NCBI GenBank assembly: GCA_963773345.1
Contig: CAVZBG010000001.1
Location: 39,306-103,305, forward strand
Direction of reading: 5' to 3'
DNA: 64,000 nucleotides
Origin: an uncultured Alphaproteobacteria bacterium
GTDB lineage: Bacteria > Pseudomonadota > Alphaproteobacteria > Acetobacterales > Acetobacteraceae
Under the pieces are notes generated by a model. The model saw only the letters and a list, made by a program, of their open reading frames with translations, was not told the DNA's origin and did not search any database. Both the position numbers and the translations under genes were made by a program. Below are positions 40,721 through 50,168 of the stretch, in pieces. Every line of letters begins with the position of its first letter. Position 1 is the first letter of the stretch.

Positions 40721-40885
40721 ATGGAGGCCCTAGAACACGCCCGCAAAGCTGTAACGATATTGGAGCGGATAGCCGTCAACCCGGTTGGCCCGACGCTGCG
40801 AGACGAACTTGCGTTGGCGAAGGCTGAGTTGAACGACGCCCTGAAAGCAGTTGGCCAGTCTGTCGACCTCGCCACGGGCGGATAG
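40721..40885 (+). CDS. Small helical hypothetical protein (54 aa), last gene of the cassette
   Basis: MEALEHARKAVTILERIAVNPVGPTLRDELALAKAELNDALKAVGQSVDLATGG. Tightly packed behind the previous ORF. Confidence 0.35.
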   Translation: MEALEHARKAVTILERIAVNPVGPTLRDELALAKAELNDALKAVGQSVDLATGG

Positions 40886-40974
40886 GTCGCCGCGAGTTGT
40901 GTAGCGGTTGCACCCCACGGGGCTGTTGACCTCATCGGTCACCGCGTACTGAACGGCCGACAACAACTGAGTGA

Positions 40975-41012
40975 GGACGGATGTCCGGGAGTTCGATGCC
41001 CGCCGGTCCACC
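40975..41012 (+). other. Degenerate tRNA/tmRNA 3'-end-like sequence (possible att scar)
   Basis: ggacggatgtccgggagttcgatgcccgccggtccacc resembles GGACG..CGGGTTCGA.TCCCGCCG..TCCACC(A), but the T-stem pairing is imperfect and no complete tRNA can be folded. Confidence 0.3.
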
Positions 41013-41079
41013 GCGCTGCAACCCAGCATTCACGGCGCCGGCCTTCCCCATGCGAGGCGGCTTGGTGTAAGGCGCCCGC

Positions 41080-41931
41080 ATGACCGCGCCCTATCCCGCC
41101 GCCGCCCTGGCCCCCGGGCCTGACCCGGGGACGGACGCCGCCGCGCCGCTGATCCTGGCGCTGCCCAAGGGCCGCATCCTCGCCGAATGCGGCGCCCTGC
41201 TGGCGCGCGCCGGCGTCAACCCGGCACCCGACTACGCCGACGAGGACAGCCGCCGGCTGCGCTTTCCCACCGACGATCCGCGGCTCGACGTGGTGCGGGT
41301 GCGCCCGTTCGACGTCGCCACCTTCGTCGCCTTCGGTGCCGCGCAGCTTGGCATCTGCGGCGCCGACGTGCTGATGGAGTTCGACTACCCGGAGATCTAC
41401 GCCCCGCTCGATCTCGGCATCGGCCGGTGCCGGGTCTCGGTCGCCGAACCGGCGGAGACCGCCGGCAGCGACGACCCCTCGCGCTGGTCGCGCGTGCGGG
41501 TGGCGACCAAGTATCCCAACATCGCCCGCCGGCACTATGCCGCGCGCGGCATCCACGCCGACGTGGTGCACCTCAGCGGTGCGATGGAGCTGGCGCCGGG
41601 ACTGGGCCTGTCGCGGCTGATCGTCGACCTGGTGCAGACCGGCTCGACACTGAAGGCCAACGGGCTGGTGGAGACCGCGGTGATCGCCCAGGTGACCAGC
41701 CGGCTGATCGTCAATCGCACGGCGCTGAAGACGCAGCCCGAGGTGATCGGCGCCTGGATCGCCCGGTTCCGCGCCGCGCTGGGACAGGATGAGGGTCGGC
41801 GGTGGCATGAAGCAACAGAGACTCCCCCTCCCCTTGAGGGAGGGGGTTGGGGGGAGGGGTGCCAACCGGCAAAGCTGGCGACCGTTGGCACCCCTCTCCC
41901 CAACCCCCTCCCGCAAGGGGAGGGGGAGTAG
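41080..41931 (+). CDS. hisG: ATP phosphoribosyltransferase (short HisG) whose ORF reads about 45 codons into a REP element
   Basis: LILALPKGRILAE...VATKYPNIARRHYAARGIHADVVHLSGAMELAP.LGLSRLIVDLVQTGSTLKANGL. The tail ...TPPPLEGGGWGEGCQPAKLATVGTPLPNPLPQGEGE is encoded by the repeat. Confidence 0.85.
   Translation: MTAPYPAAALAPGPDPGTDAAAPLILALPKGRILAECGALLARAGVNPAPDYADEDSRRLRFPTDDPRLDVVRVRPFDVATFVAFGAAQLGICGADVLMEFDYPEIYAPLDLGIGRCRVSVAEPAETAGSDDPSRWSRVRVATKYPNIARRHYAARGIHADVVHLSGAMELAPGLGLSRLIVDLVQTGSTLKANGLVETAVIAQVTSRLIVNRTALKTQPEVIGAWIARFRAALGQDEGRRWHEATETPPPLEGGGWGEGCQPAKLATVGTPLPNPLPQGEGE
41821..41928. repeat. REP-like element, copy C (two inverted units forming a long hairpin)
   Basis: ccccctccccttgagggagggggttggggggaggggtgccaac ... 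gttggcacccctctccccaaccccctcccgcaaggggaggggg. Confidence 0.9.
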
Positions 41932-41946
41932 TTTTGTGCTTCCTGC

Positions 41947-43233
41947 ATGATCCGCCTCGCCACCACGGACGCGGGCTTCCCCGCCGCCTTCGACGCGCTG
42001 CTGCACCAGACCCGCGAAACCGTCGAGCAGGTCGATCGCCCGGTTGCCGCGATCATCGCCGAAGTCCGCGCCCGCGGTGATGCAGCGCTGATCGACTACA
42101 CCACCCGGTTCGACCGCCTCACCCTATCGCCCGCGACGTTGCGCATCATCGCCGCCGAAATCGACGCGGCCGTCGCCGCTATCCCGCCCGAACAGGCCGC
42201 CGCGCTCGATCTGGCGGCCACACGGATAGAAGCCTTCCACCGCGCCCAGCTTCCCTCCGACCTGCGGCTGACCGATGCCGCCGGCCTGACGCTCGGCATG
42301 CGCTGGTCGCCGCTCGACGCGGTCGGGCTGTACGTCCCGGGCGGCAAGGCGGCCTACCCGTCCTCGGTGCTGATGAACGCACTGCCCGCGCGCGTCGCCG
42401 GCGTCGGGCGGATCGCCATGTGCGTGCCGACGCCCGACGGCGTGCTCAATCCGCTGGTGCTCGCCGCCGCGCGTCGCGCCGGAGTGGCGGAGATCTACCG
42501 CGTCGGCGGCGCCCAGGCGATCGCCGCGCTGGCCTACGGCACCGCCAGCATCGCCCCGGTCGACCGCATCGTCGGCCCCGGCAACGCCTATGTCGCCGAG
42601 GCCAAGCGCCAAGTGTTCGGCCATGTCGGCATCGATTCCATCGCCGGCCCGTCCGAGGTCGTGGTGCTGGCCGACGCCGCCAACGATCCCCGCCTGGTCG
42701 CCATCGATCTGCTCGCCCAGGCCGAGCACGACGAGGTGGCGCAGGCCATCCTGATCACCGACGACGCGGCGTTCGGCGATGCCGTCGCCCATACACTCGC
42801 CGCCGAGCTGCCCACTCTGCCGCGCGCCGCCATCGCCGGGGCAAGCTGGGAGGCGCACGGTGCGATCATCGTCGTGCGCGACTGGGTGGAGGCGGCGGAG
42901 CTGGTCAACCGCCTGGCGCCGGAACACCTGCAGCTCATGCTGGCCGAGCCCGAGGCGCTGTTCGCCCGCATCCGCCACGCCGGCGCGGTGTTCCTCGGTC
43001 GCACCTGCCCGGAGGCGGTGGGCGACTACGTCGCCGGCCCGAACCACGTGCTGCCGACCGGACGCACCGCGCGGTTTGCGTCGGGGTTGTCGGTGTTCGA
43101 TTTCCTCAAGCGTACCACCTGGGTGCAGGCGGACGCCGATGCGCTGGCGAAGGTCGGTCCTGCCGCCGTGACACTGGCCGAGGCCGAGGGGTTGCAGGCG
43201 CACGCGCGCAGCATCGCGCTGCGGTTCAGGTAG
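41947..43233 (+). CDS. hisD: Histidinol dehydrogenase
   Basis: 428-aa ORF with LYVPGGKAAYPSSVLM, DSIAGPSEVVVLAD and QAEHDE. Confidence 0.95.
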   Translation: MIRLATTDAGFPAAFDALLHQTRETVEQVDRPVAAIIAEVRARGDAALIDYTTRFDRLTLSPATLRIIAAEIDAAVAAIPPEQAAALDLAATRIEAFHRAQLPSDLRLTDAAGLTLGMRWSPLDAVGLYVPGGKAAYPSSVLMNALPARVAGVGRIAMCVPTPDGVLNPLVLAAARRAGVAEIYRVGGAQAIAALAYGTASIAPVDRIVGPGNAYVAEAKRQVFGHVGIDSIAGPSEVVVLADAANDPRLVAIDLLAQAEHDEVAQAILITDDAAFGDAVAHTLAAELPTLPRAAIAGASWEAHGAIIVVRDWVEAAELVNRLAPEHLQLMLAEPEALFARIRHAGAVFLGRTCPEAVGDYVAGPNHVLPTGRTARFASGLSVFDFLKRTTWVQADADALAKVGPAAVTLAEAEGLQAHARSIALRFR

Positions 43234-43401
43234 TGGGGCGTTTTGAATCTCTGCACCGGGTGGAAAGCGCCTGTTCGGCGACCCGGTGACACCATCGGAA
43301 CCTGCAAAGGCGGCAGGCCTGCTTCCGTTGCATCATTCAGGAACTTCGCAACAAGGACAGCCCAACCGACAGCATGGGTCACACGATTTCGCTAGCTGGT
43401 A

Positions 43402-44520
43402 TCAACTCAACCGCCGGGTGAACATCCACGCCGCACCGGCAAGCGTGCATAGTCCGATCATGCCAAGTGGCAGAAAATCCGAGCCCAACTGAGCGAATCC
43501 GGCATCCTCCAGGAAAACCCGTTTGGTAAGGTCCAGGGCGTAGAGAAGTGGATTAATGACCATCGCGGTCTGGAGGAAATCCGGCATGCTGCTGACCGGT
43601 GTCGCCAAACCGGAGAGCAAGGCAAACGGCATCACCAGAAGGAATGCGTACAACATAGCCTGTTGCATGGTCTTCGCGATGGAGGACACGAAAAGGCCGA
43701 CGCCGACCGCGGCCATCAGGAACAGGCCGAGCCCGGAATAAAGCACGATAAAGGATCCGACAAACGGAATGCGAAACCAGAACTGCGCGATCAGCAGAAT
43801 GGTGGTCGCCTGACCCAGGCCGATGACCATGTTGGGAACCGCCTTTCCCGCCATGATCTCGAACGGCCGGAACGGCGTGACCAGAAGCTGATCGAACGTC
43901 CCCTGCTCGCGCTCGCGGGCGACGGACATCGCCGTCAGCATCAATGTGCCCATCAAGGTCAGCGTGCCGATCAGGCTTGGGATCATGCTCCAGCGTGAAT
44001 CCAGGTTGGGATTGTACCATGCGCGGGTGACGACCCGAAGCAATGGGTCTGGCTGACTATGATTGGCGCGCCAGTCGGCGTTGAAATCGTCGACCACGGT
44101 CTCGACGTAGCCCAGTGCGGTCCCGGCGGTGTTGGAGTTGCGGCCATCGGCGATGACCTGGACCGGTGCCGGTTCGCCGGCCAGCAGGTGGCGTTCGAAA
44201 TCCTGCGGGATCTGAATGACCAGAAGCGCGCGGCCGCTGTCGATCCAGGTGGTAATGTCCTCGATCCGGCGCAGATCGGCCTGGCGCTGAAAGATGCTGG
44301 ATCCATCCAGGCGGGCGAGCAGGGCGGTGGAGGCCGGACTGCGGTCCTGGTCAAGCACCGCGTAGAAAACGGAATTGAGGTCGAAGCTGGCGGCGTAACC
44401 GAACAGCAGGCACTGCAAGATCGGCGGCACAAAAATGATGAAGCGGCTGCGCGGATCCTTCAGGACGGCGAGAAACTCCTTCCGGATCAGAGCGACGATG
44501 CGAAGCAGCGAGGCAAGCAT
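43402..44520 (-). CDS. ABC-2 type transporter permease (YbhR/YhhJ-like)
   Basis: Intact 372-aa ORF. An N-terminal TM and a large periplasmic loop are followed by five TM segments (SVAREREQGTFDQLLVTP). Confidence 0.8.
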   Translation of the reverse strand: MLASLLRIVALIRKEFLAVLKDPRSRFIIFVPPILQCLLFGYAASFDLNSVFYAVLDQDRSPASTALLARLDGSSIFQRQADLRRIEDITTWIDSGRALLVIQIPQDFERHLLAGEPAPVQVIADGRNSNTAGTALGYVETVVDDFNADWRANHSQPDPLLRVVTRAWYNPNLDSRWSMIPSLIGTLTLMGTLMLTAMSVAREREQGTFDQLLVTPFRPFEIMAGKAVPNMVIGLGQATTILLIAQFWFRIPFVGSFIVLYSGLGLFLMAAVGVGLFVSSIAKTMQQAMLYAFLLVMPFALLSGLATPVSSMPDFLQTAMVINPLLYALDLTKRVFLEDAGFAQLGSDFLPLGMIGLCTLAGAAWMFTRRLS

Positions 44521-44529
44521 GCCAATGTC

Positions 44530-45649
44530 TCAGGAAAGCTGCTTGCGGGTCGCCAACCGCGTGGCCGCCAACAGCACCGTGGCCATTACCCCTAGAATCG
44601 CCAGGTCGAGCCAGACCACGTCGCCGATATCGCCCGCGAGATACAGTGTTTGCATCAGCGAGACCGCGTATCGCGCCGGCAGGACATAGGTGATCCACTG
44701 GACGACCGCCGGCATGCTGCGCAGATCATAGATGAAACCAGACAGCATCATCGCCGGCAGGAAGGTCAGCGTCATGACCAATTGGCTGGCGAGGAACTGG
44801 CTCTTGACCAGTTGTCGACACCAGCAGTCCAATGCCCAGGGCGACCAGAAGGTATACCGCCGCGGCGAGGCAAAGCATCAGCAGCGACCCGCGGAGCGGC
44901 ACATGGAACAGGAACTGGGCCGCCAGGACGCAGAGCACGAAACCGATCGTGCCCAATCCAAAGTACGGAATAATTTTGCTGATGAGAAACTCTCCCGGCA
45001 GCATCGGCGTGACGAACAGCGCTTCGAGCGTTCCCCGTTCCCATTCCCGGGCGATCACCATGGCGGTGAGGAAGGCGCCGATGATGGTCATCACCATGAC
45101 AATCAGGCCCGGGACGATGAAGTAACGACTATTGTTGGTTTCGTTGAACCACATCCGGTCGACGACAATCACCGGGCCGGCTGAGGCACCGCCGACCTGT
45201 GTCGCGCTCCATAAAGCGACCGGTCCTTGGGCATACGCTTGCATGATCCGCGCCTGGTTCGAGTCCGTGCCGTTGACCAGAATCTGGAGTTCCGCCCCGT
45301 CGGCGTGCATGCGCCGGGTGAAATCGGACGGGATCAGCAAGGCTCCGTCCACTTGCCGGTTCATCACCAGCGTGGTCGCCTGGGCGATCGAGGGAACCAC
45401 CGTCACGCCGAAATAGGTCGAAAGCCGGAACGCGCCGATCAGGCCCGCGCTGTCGGCGGAGGCGTCCTGATCGACCACGGCGACGTTCACCCGGGTGACA
45501 TCGAGCGAGAGCCCATATCCGAACAGCAGAATCATGATCATCGGAAACACGATGCCGATCGCGACGCTGCTCGGATCGCGCAAGATCTGCCGCGTTTCCT
45601 TGAGGGTCAGCGCGCGAATTCGCCGCAATTTCGCCAGCCATCCCGTCAT
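44530..45649 (-). pseudogene. ABC-2 type transporter permease (YbhS-like) with one frameshift near 44815
   Basis: MTGWLAKLRRIRALTLKETRQILRD...AREWERGTLEALFVTP...GIGLLVST is followed in another frame by LVKSQFLASQLVMTLTFLPAMMLSGFIYDL... Removing one a from acaactg restores continuity. Confidence 0.7.
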
Positions 45650-47446
45650 GAGCCTGCTGCCCCTGGGTCCCCCTGGGCTCCCCTGGGGCTCATCGTGCTG
45701 CTTGCCGCGTGCCTCCTGGACAATGGCGACGAAGGCATCCTCGATCGTCGCCGATGCGCCGGGGCGGAGACGTGGGCGTGGGCGCGAAGCTCCGCCGGGG
45801 TGCCTTGCGCCAGCACCTTGCCGCTGTCGAGGATCGCGGCCCGATCGCAATACTCGGCCTCGGGCATGAAATGGGTGGTCACGATCACCGTCACGCCGGT
45901 GGCGGCAAGCGCCGTGATGCGCTGCCAGAATTCGCGGCGGGCGAAGGGGTCGGCGCCGCTGGTCGGTTCATCCAGGAAGAGAATCTCGGGCCGGTGCAGC
46001 AGGGCGGCGGCCATCGCCAGACGTTGCTTGAACCCACCCGGCAGTTGCGCGCTCGGCAGCCGAACGAAGGGTTCAAGTTTGAATTGATCCAGCGCCCAGG
46101 CGATCCGCTCGCGCTTTTTGCCGCCGCCAAGCCCGTAGGCGCGCGCGAAGAAATCCAGGTTCTCAGCGACCGTCAGTTGCCCATAGAGCGAGAATTTTTG
46201 CGCCACGTAGCCTAGATGCTGCCGCGCCGCGGCACTGTGCTGACGCACGTCGGTCGCCGCGATCTTCAAGGTGCCCTCCGACGCCGGCAACAGCCCGCAG
46301 AGCATGCGAAACGTGGTGGTTTTGCCGGCTCCGTTCGGTCCGAGCAGGCCGAAGATTTCGCCGCGTTTGACGCTGAAACTCACATGGTCGACCGCGAGGA
46401 ATTTACCGAAGCGCCGGCACAGGTCCTTGACCTCGACCACGACGTCGCCTCTGGCGCCCTCGATCGCGGGTTCTTCCTGCTGGCGCGTCTGCGCGTGGGT
46501 TCGCGCTGCACCGCCGGTCTGCTCCAGGAGTATCATGAACCCGTCTTCGAACCGTTCCGGCGTGGGTTTAGCCGCCACGCCGGCGAACGTCCCTGGTTCG
46601 GACCCGGCAGCCTGGCTGACCAGCCGCACCTGCCCGCTCTCCGGCACCGCATCGATGATCGTGGGCTCGTCCAGCAACTGGGCCTGGAAATCCCGCGGTT
46701 TCGTTCCATCTGGAGGTTGGGCGAGAAACGTGCGGCCGTGTGCCAGCCGGGAGACTTCCTCCGGAGGCCCTTCCGCCAGCTTTTTTCCCTCATTCAGTAC
46801 CAGCACGCGTTCGCAAGCCGCCGCCTCGTCAAGATAACTGGTGCTGAGCAGGACCGTCATACCCTCTTTGATCAGCTTATGGATGATCTCCCACAGTTCG
46901 CGGCGGGAGAGCGGATCGACCCCAACGGTCGGCTCGTCCAACAGCAGCAATTCGGGGGAACGGACGAGCGTGCAGGCCAGGCCGAGCTTTTGTTTCATTC
47001 CGCCGGAAAGTTGTCCGGCGAGCCGCGCCTTGAATGGGTCCAGGCCGGTCATTTCCATCAGGCGGGGGTACTGACGTCCGCTTTTCGTCGGCGGTGACCC
47101 CGTGCAAGTCGGCATAGAGATCCAGATTTTCCTGGACGGTCAGGTCGTCATAAAGCCCAAACTGCTGCGGCATGTAGGAAATGCGCGACTGGATCGCCTG
47201 CGGGTCCTTGGCGGCGTCGATCCCAAGCACACTGACGGTGCCGCGATCGGCCTTCATCAGCCCGGCAAGCAGGCGCAGCAGCGTTGTCTTGCCGGCGCCG
47301 TCCGGCCCGGCCAAGGCGGCGAGGCCACCCTTGCCGATAGAGAACGAAATATTGTCGAGGGCGAGCACCATTTCACCGGTCTCGCGGCGGAACGATTTGC
47401 CAACCCCGTCCAATTGCAAGGCGCGAGAGGCGGCGTTTGCCGTCAT
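45646..47446 (-). pseudogene. Tandem-domain ABC ATPase (YbhF-like) with at least two frame breaks
   Basis: First NBD: GPDGAGKTTLLRLL...(break near 47065)...LSGGMKQKLGLA..LLLLDEPTVGVD. Second NBD: GPNGAGKTTTF...LPGGFKQRLAMA..ILFLDEPTSGAD. The C-terminal ATIEDAFVAIV is in yet another frame (break near 45790). Confidence 0.75.
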
Positions 47447-48915
47447 GGCGATGCCGCCTGCTTCGTCCCCCGGTCCAATGTCCCCCGGTCCGGTGTCATC
47501 GTCTCCCAGCCGCCGCCCAACGCCTTGTAGAGCGTGACGAGATCGACCGAGATCGCCTGATCGCTCGCCGCCAGTTCGTCGTCCGATTGATAGAGCGACC
47601 GCCGCGCATCGAGGACGTCGAGATAATTGACGCGCCCTTTGCTATACAGCGCGTCGGCCATCGCCAGCGAGCGCTGGTTTTGCGCCACCTCGACGGCGAG
47701 CGCGGCGTGCCGGTTCTGTTCCCGCGCATAGGCCACGACGGCGTTCTCGGCTTCCTGCAGCGCGGTCAACGCGACCTTCTCGTATGTCGCCAAAGCCGCC
47801 TCCTGCACGGCGGTTTGCGCCTGCACTTCGGCGCGCACCCGGCCGAAATCGAAAATCCGCCATTGCACGCTCGGACCGATCGACCAGAACCGGCTGCCGG
47901 GCACGAACCATGTGGCGGCGCTGACGCTTTCCACTCCGACGTCCCCGGTCAGCGAAAATTTGGGGAACCATTCCGCTGTCGCCACGCCGATGCGGGCAGT
48001 CTCGGCCGCCAGTTGCCGTTCGGCCTGACGCACGTCCGGGCGGCGGCGGAGCAGATCGGAGGGCAGCCCGATCGGAATTTCCGGCGGCACCGGCGGCACC
48101 GGCGCAGCGGGCGAAAGTTCGGCCACCAGTTCGCCGGGTTGCTGCCCGAGCAGGACTGCTATCGCGTACATGGACTTCTGCACGGCGGTGTCGAGCGGGG
48201 GAATTGCCGCCTGCGTGGTCGCCAGCAAGGCAACGGCCCGCGTGACGTCGAGTTCGTTGGTGACCCCGCTTTGAAAGCGCGCGCGCGTCAGCTCCACCGC
48301 TTCCTCCTGGAGCTCGCGGTTGTGCACCGCGATCTCCAATCGGCGCTGGCCGCCGCGTAATTCGACGTAATTCCGTGCCACTTCGGCCAGCAGGGTCAGC
48401 ATCACATCGTTGCGCGCCTCCCTGGCACCTTGCCATTCCGCGGTGGTCGCCTCCAGCGCGCGGCGCTTGCCGCCGAACACGTCGATTTCCCATGCGGCGT
48501 CGAAACCGGCGTTATAAACGTCGTACTCGAAGGGAAAATTCGCCGGCAACGGCAGCGCTCCAATGAGCGGCTGGTTCCTGCTCTGCAACTGTCTGGCAAA
48601 TGACGCCGTGGTGTCGACCGTGGGCCCAAAATCCGCCACGCTCATGCCACGCACCGCGCGTGCCTGGCGCAGCCGGGCTTCGGCCACGCGCAAATCCAAA
48701 TTCGTCTTTACCGCCCGTTCCATCAGAGAGTTCAGTTCGGCATCGTTGAACGATGTCCACCACGACGAAGCCTCGGCCGCGTTGTCGGTCAGCCCACCGG
48801 CCACCGGCGAGCTCCAGGCGGGGGGAGCATGGCCGGCGGGTTGGTGATAGTCCGGGCCGACGGTGCAGCTTGCCACAGCCATCGCCGCCATGGCCGTGAT
48901 GAGTTTCGTCCACAT
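47443..48915 (-). CDS. Efflux outer-membrane factor lipoprotein (NodT family)
   Basis: MWTKLITAMAAMAVASCTVGPDYHQP lipobox plus the family signature. 490 aa, intact. Confidence 0.9.
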   Translation of the reverse strand: MWTKLITAMAAMAVASCTVGPDYHQPAGHAPPAWSSPVAGGLTDNAAEASSWWTSFNDAELNSLMERAVKTNLDLRVAEARLRQARAVRGMSVADFGPTVDTTASFARQLQSRNQPLIGALPLPANFPFEYDVYNAGFDAAWEIDVFGGKRRALEATTAEWQGAREARNDVMLTLLAEVARNYVELRGGQRRLEIAVHNRELQEEAVELTRARFQSGVTNELDVTRAVALLATTQAAIPPLDTAVQKSMYAIAVLLGQQPGELVAELSPAAPVPPVPPEIPIGLPSDLLRRRPDVRQAERQLAAETARIGVATAEWFPKFSLTGDVGVESVSAATWFVPGSRFWSIGPSVQWRIFDFGRVRAEVQAQTAVQEAALATYEKVALTALQEAENAVVAYAREQNRHAALAVEVAQNQRSLAMADALYSKGRVNYLDVLDARRSLYQSDDELAASDQAISVDLVTLYKALGGGWETMTPDRGTLDRGTKQAASP

Positions 48916-48917
48916 TG

Positions 48918-50168
48918 CTATGGCTTGCTTTGCGGTGGCCCCTGGGGCTGCCCCTGGGCGTCCGCCGGCGCTAATTCCAGGGCCACGGTCGCCGGCATGC
49001 CCAGACGCAGGTCGTCCTGGGGATCCCGCACGAAAACGCGAAGTTCATAAACCAGGCTGGACCGCAGCTCCACGGTCTGGACCGGTTTGGGCGTGAATTC
49101 GGCGACGGGCGAAATGAAACCGACCCATCCCGGGAAGGTTCGGCCGGGAAAACCGTCCGCGCTGATGGCGGCTTTCGTCCCGGGATGAACCCGTCCCAGA
49201 TCGGTCTCGGACACATAGGCCCTGATCCATTTTGGGTCCGTGATGGCCAGATTGAAGATCGGTCGTTGCGGGGACACCATCTCGCCAGGCTCCAAAAGCC
49301 TGGAACGCACCTCGGCATCGGTCGGGGAAATGAGGTCCGCATCGGTCATTTGCAGCCGCAGCAGGTCAAGCTGGCTCTGGTCGGCGCGCAATTGTGCCTC
49401 GCCTTCGGCAATATCCTCCAGCCTTGGGCCGATGACGGCCAGGTCGAGGGCTTTTTCCGCCACCGTGACCCGCGCCCACGCCACGCCCAGGGCGGCTTTG
49501 GCGCCGTCAAGGTCTTGCTGGCTGATCGCCCGCCCGGATAACAACCCCTGCAAGGCCGACATCCGCTGCCAGGTCTGATCGGCGTTGACCAGGTCCGCCT
49601 TCGCCGACACCACATTGGCCCGGGCCTGAGCGATTTCCTCCGGCCGGCTGCCGGCATGCAGCTTTCGCACCACCGCCTGCTGGCCTTGCACCGTGGCTTC
49701 GGCAGTTGCCTCCTGCGCTTTCAGCCGGCTGGCGTCCAGGCGTGCCAGAACCTGTCCACGGCTGACCCGGTCGCCTTCCTGAACGAGCACCTCGGCGATA
49801 CGCCCGCTGTCGTTGAAGGCGAGCTCGACCTGGCGCAGATCGACGTTGCCATAGAGCAGCAATCGGTTCGGATCGGTTTTCGGCTGTTCCAAATACCGCA
49901 CCAGTCCATAGCCAGTCGCCAGTACCGCCAAAACGACGAGGCCTGCGACCAGGCCTTTTTTCCTGCCGGACCAGCCAGTCGGAGCCGGCTGAGCCGGCGG
50001 CTTGGGCGGAGCCGTTTCTGCCGGCGGAGCCGGCTGGGCGGGAGGAACGAGTTGGACGGGTGCGAGGCTCGAATTCTCTTTGGTGCCTTCCGTTGCCTTC
50101 TGGTCCACGGAAGGCGCATCAACTTTCATGTCCATGATGCACTCAGGACTTTTTTCCAAACGACACAT
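48918..50168 (-). CDS. HlyD family secretion (membrane-fusion) protein; start may be at 50135
   Basis: TM anchor GLVAGLVVLAVLATGYGLV, GNVDLRQVELAFNDSGRIAEVLVQEGDRV, a coiled-coil region, and a C-terminal beta domain LRLGMPATV. Confidence 0.85.
   Translation of the reverse strand: MCRLEKSPECIMDMKVDAPSVDQKATEGTKENSSLAPVQLVPPAQPAPPAETAPPKPPAQPAPTGWSGRKKGLVAGLVVLAVLATGYGLVRYLEQPKTDPNRLLLYGNVDLRQVELAFNDSGRIAEVLVQEGDRVSRGQVLARLDASRLKAQEATAEATVQGQQAVVRKLHAGSRPEEIAQARANVVSAKADLVNADQTWQRMSALQGLLSGRAISQQDLDGAKAALGVAWARVTVAEKALDLAVIGPRLEDIAEGEAQLRADQSQLDLLRLQMTDADLISPTDAEVRSRLLEPGEMVSPQRPIFNLAITDPKWIRAYVSETDLGRVHPGTKAAISADGFPGRTFPGWVGFISPVAEFTPKPVQTVELRSSLVYELRVFVRDPQDDLRLGMPATVALELAPADAQGQPQGPPQSKP

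Noticed and set aside
40730-41029. Minus-strand 99-aa ORF and other antisense ORFs across the low-GC cassette
   Set aside because: They have no start context or motif, and they overlap the better-supported plus-strand ORFs, which show a paralog pair with synonymous divergence.
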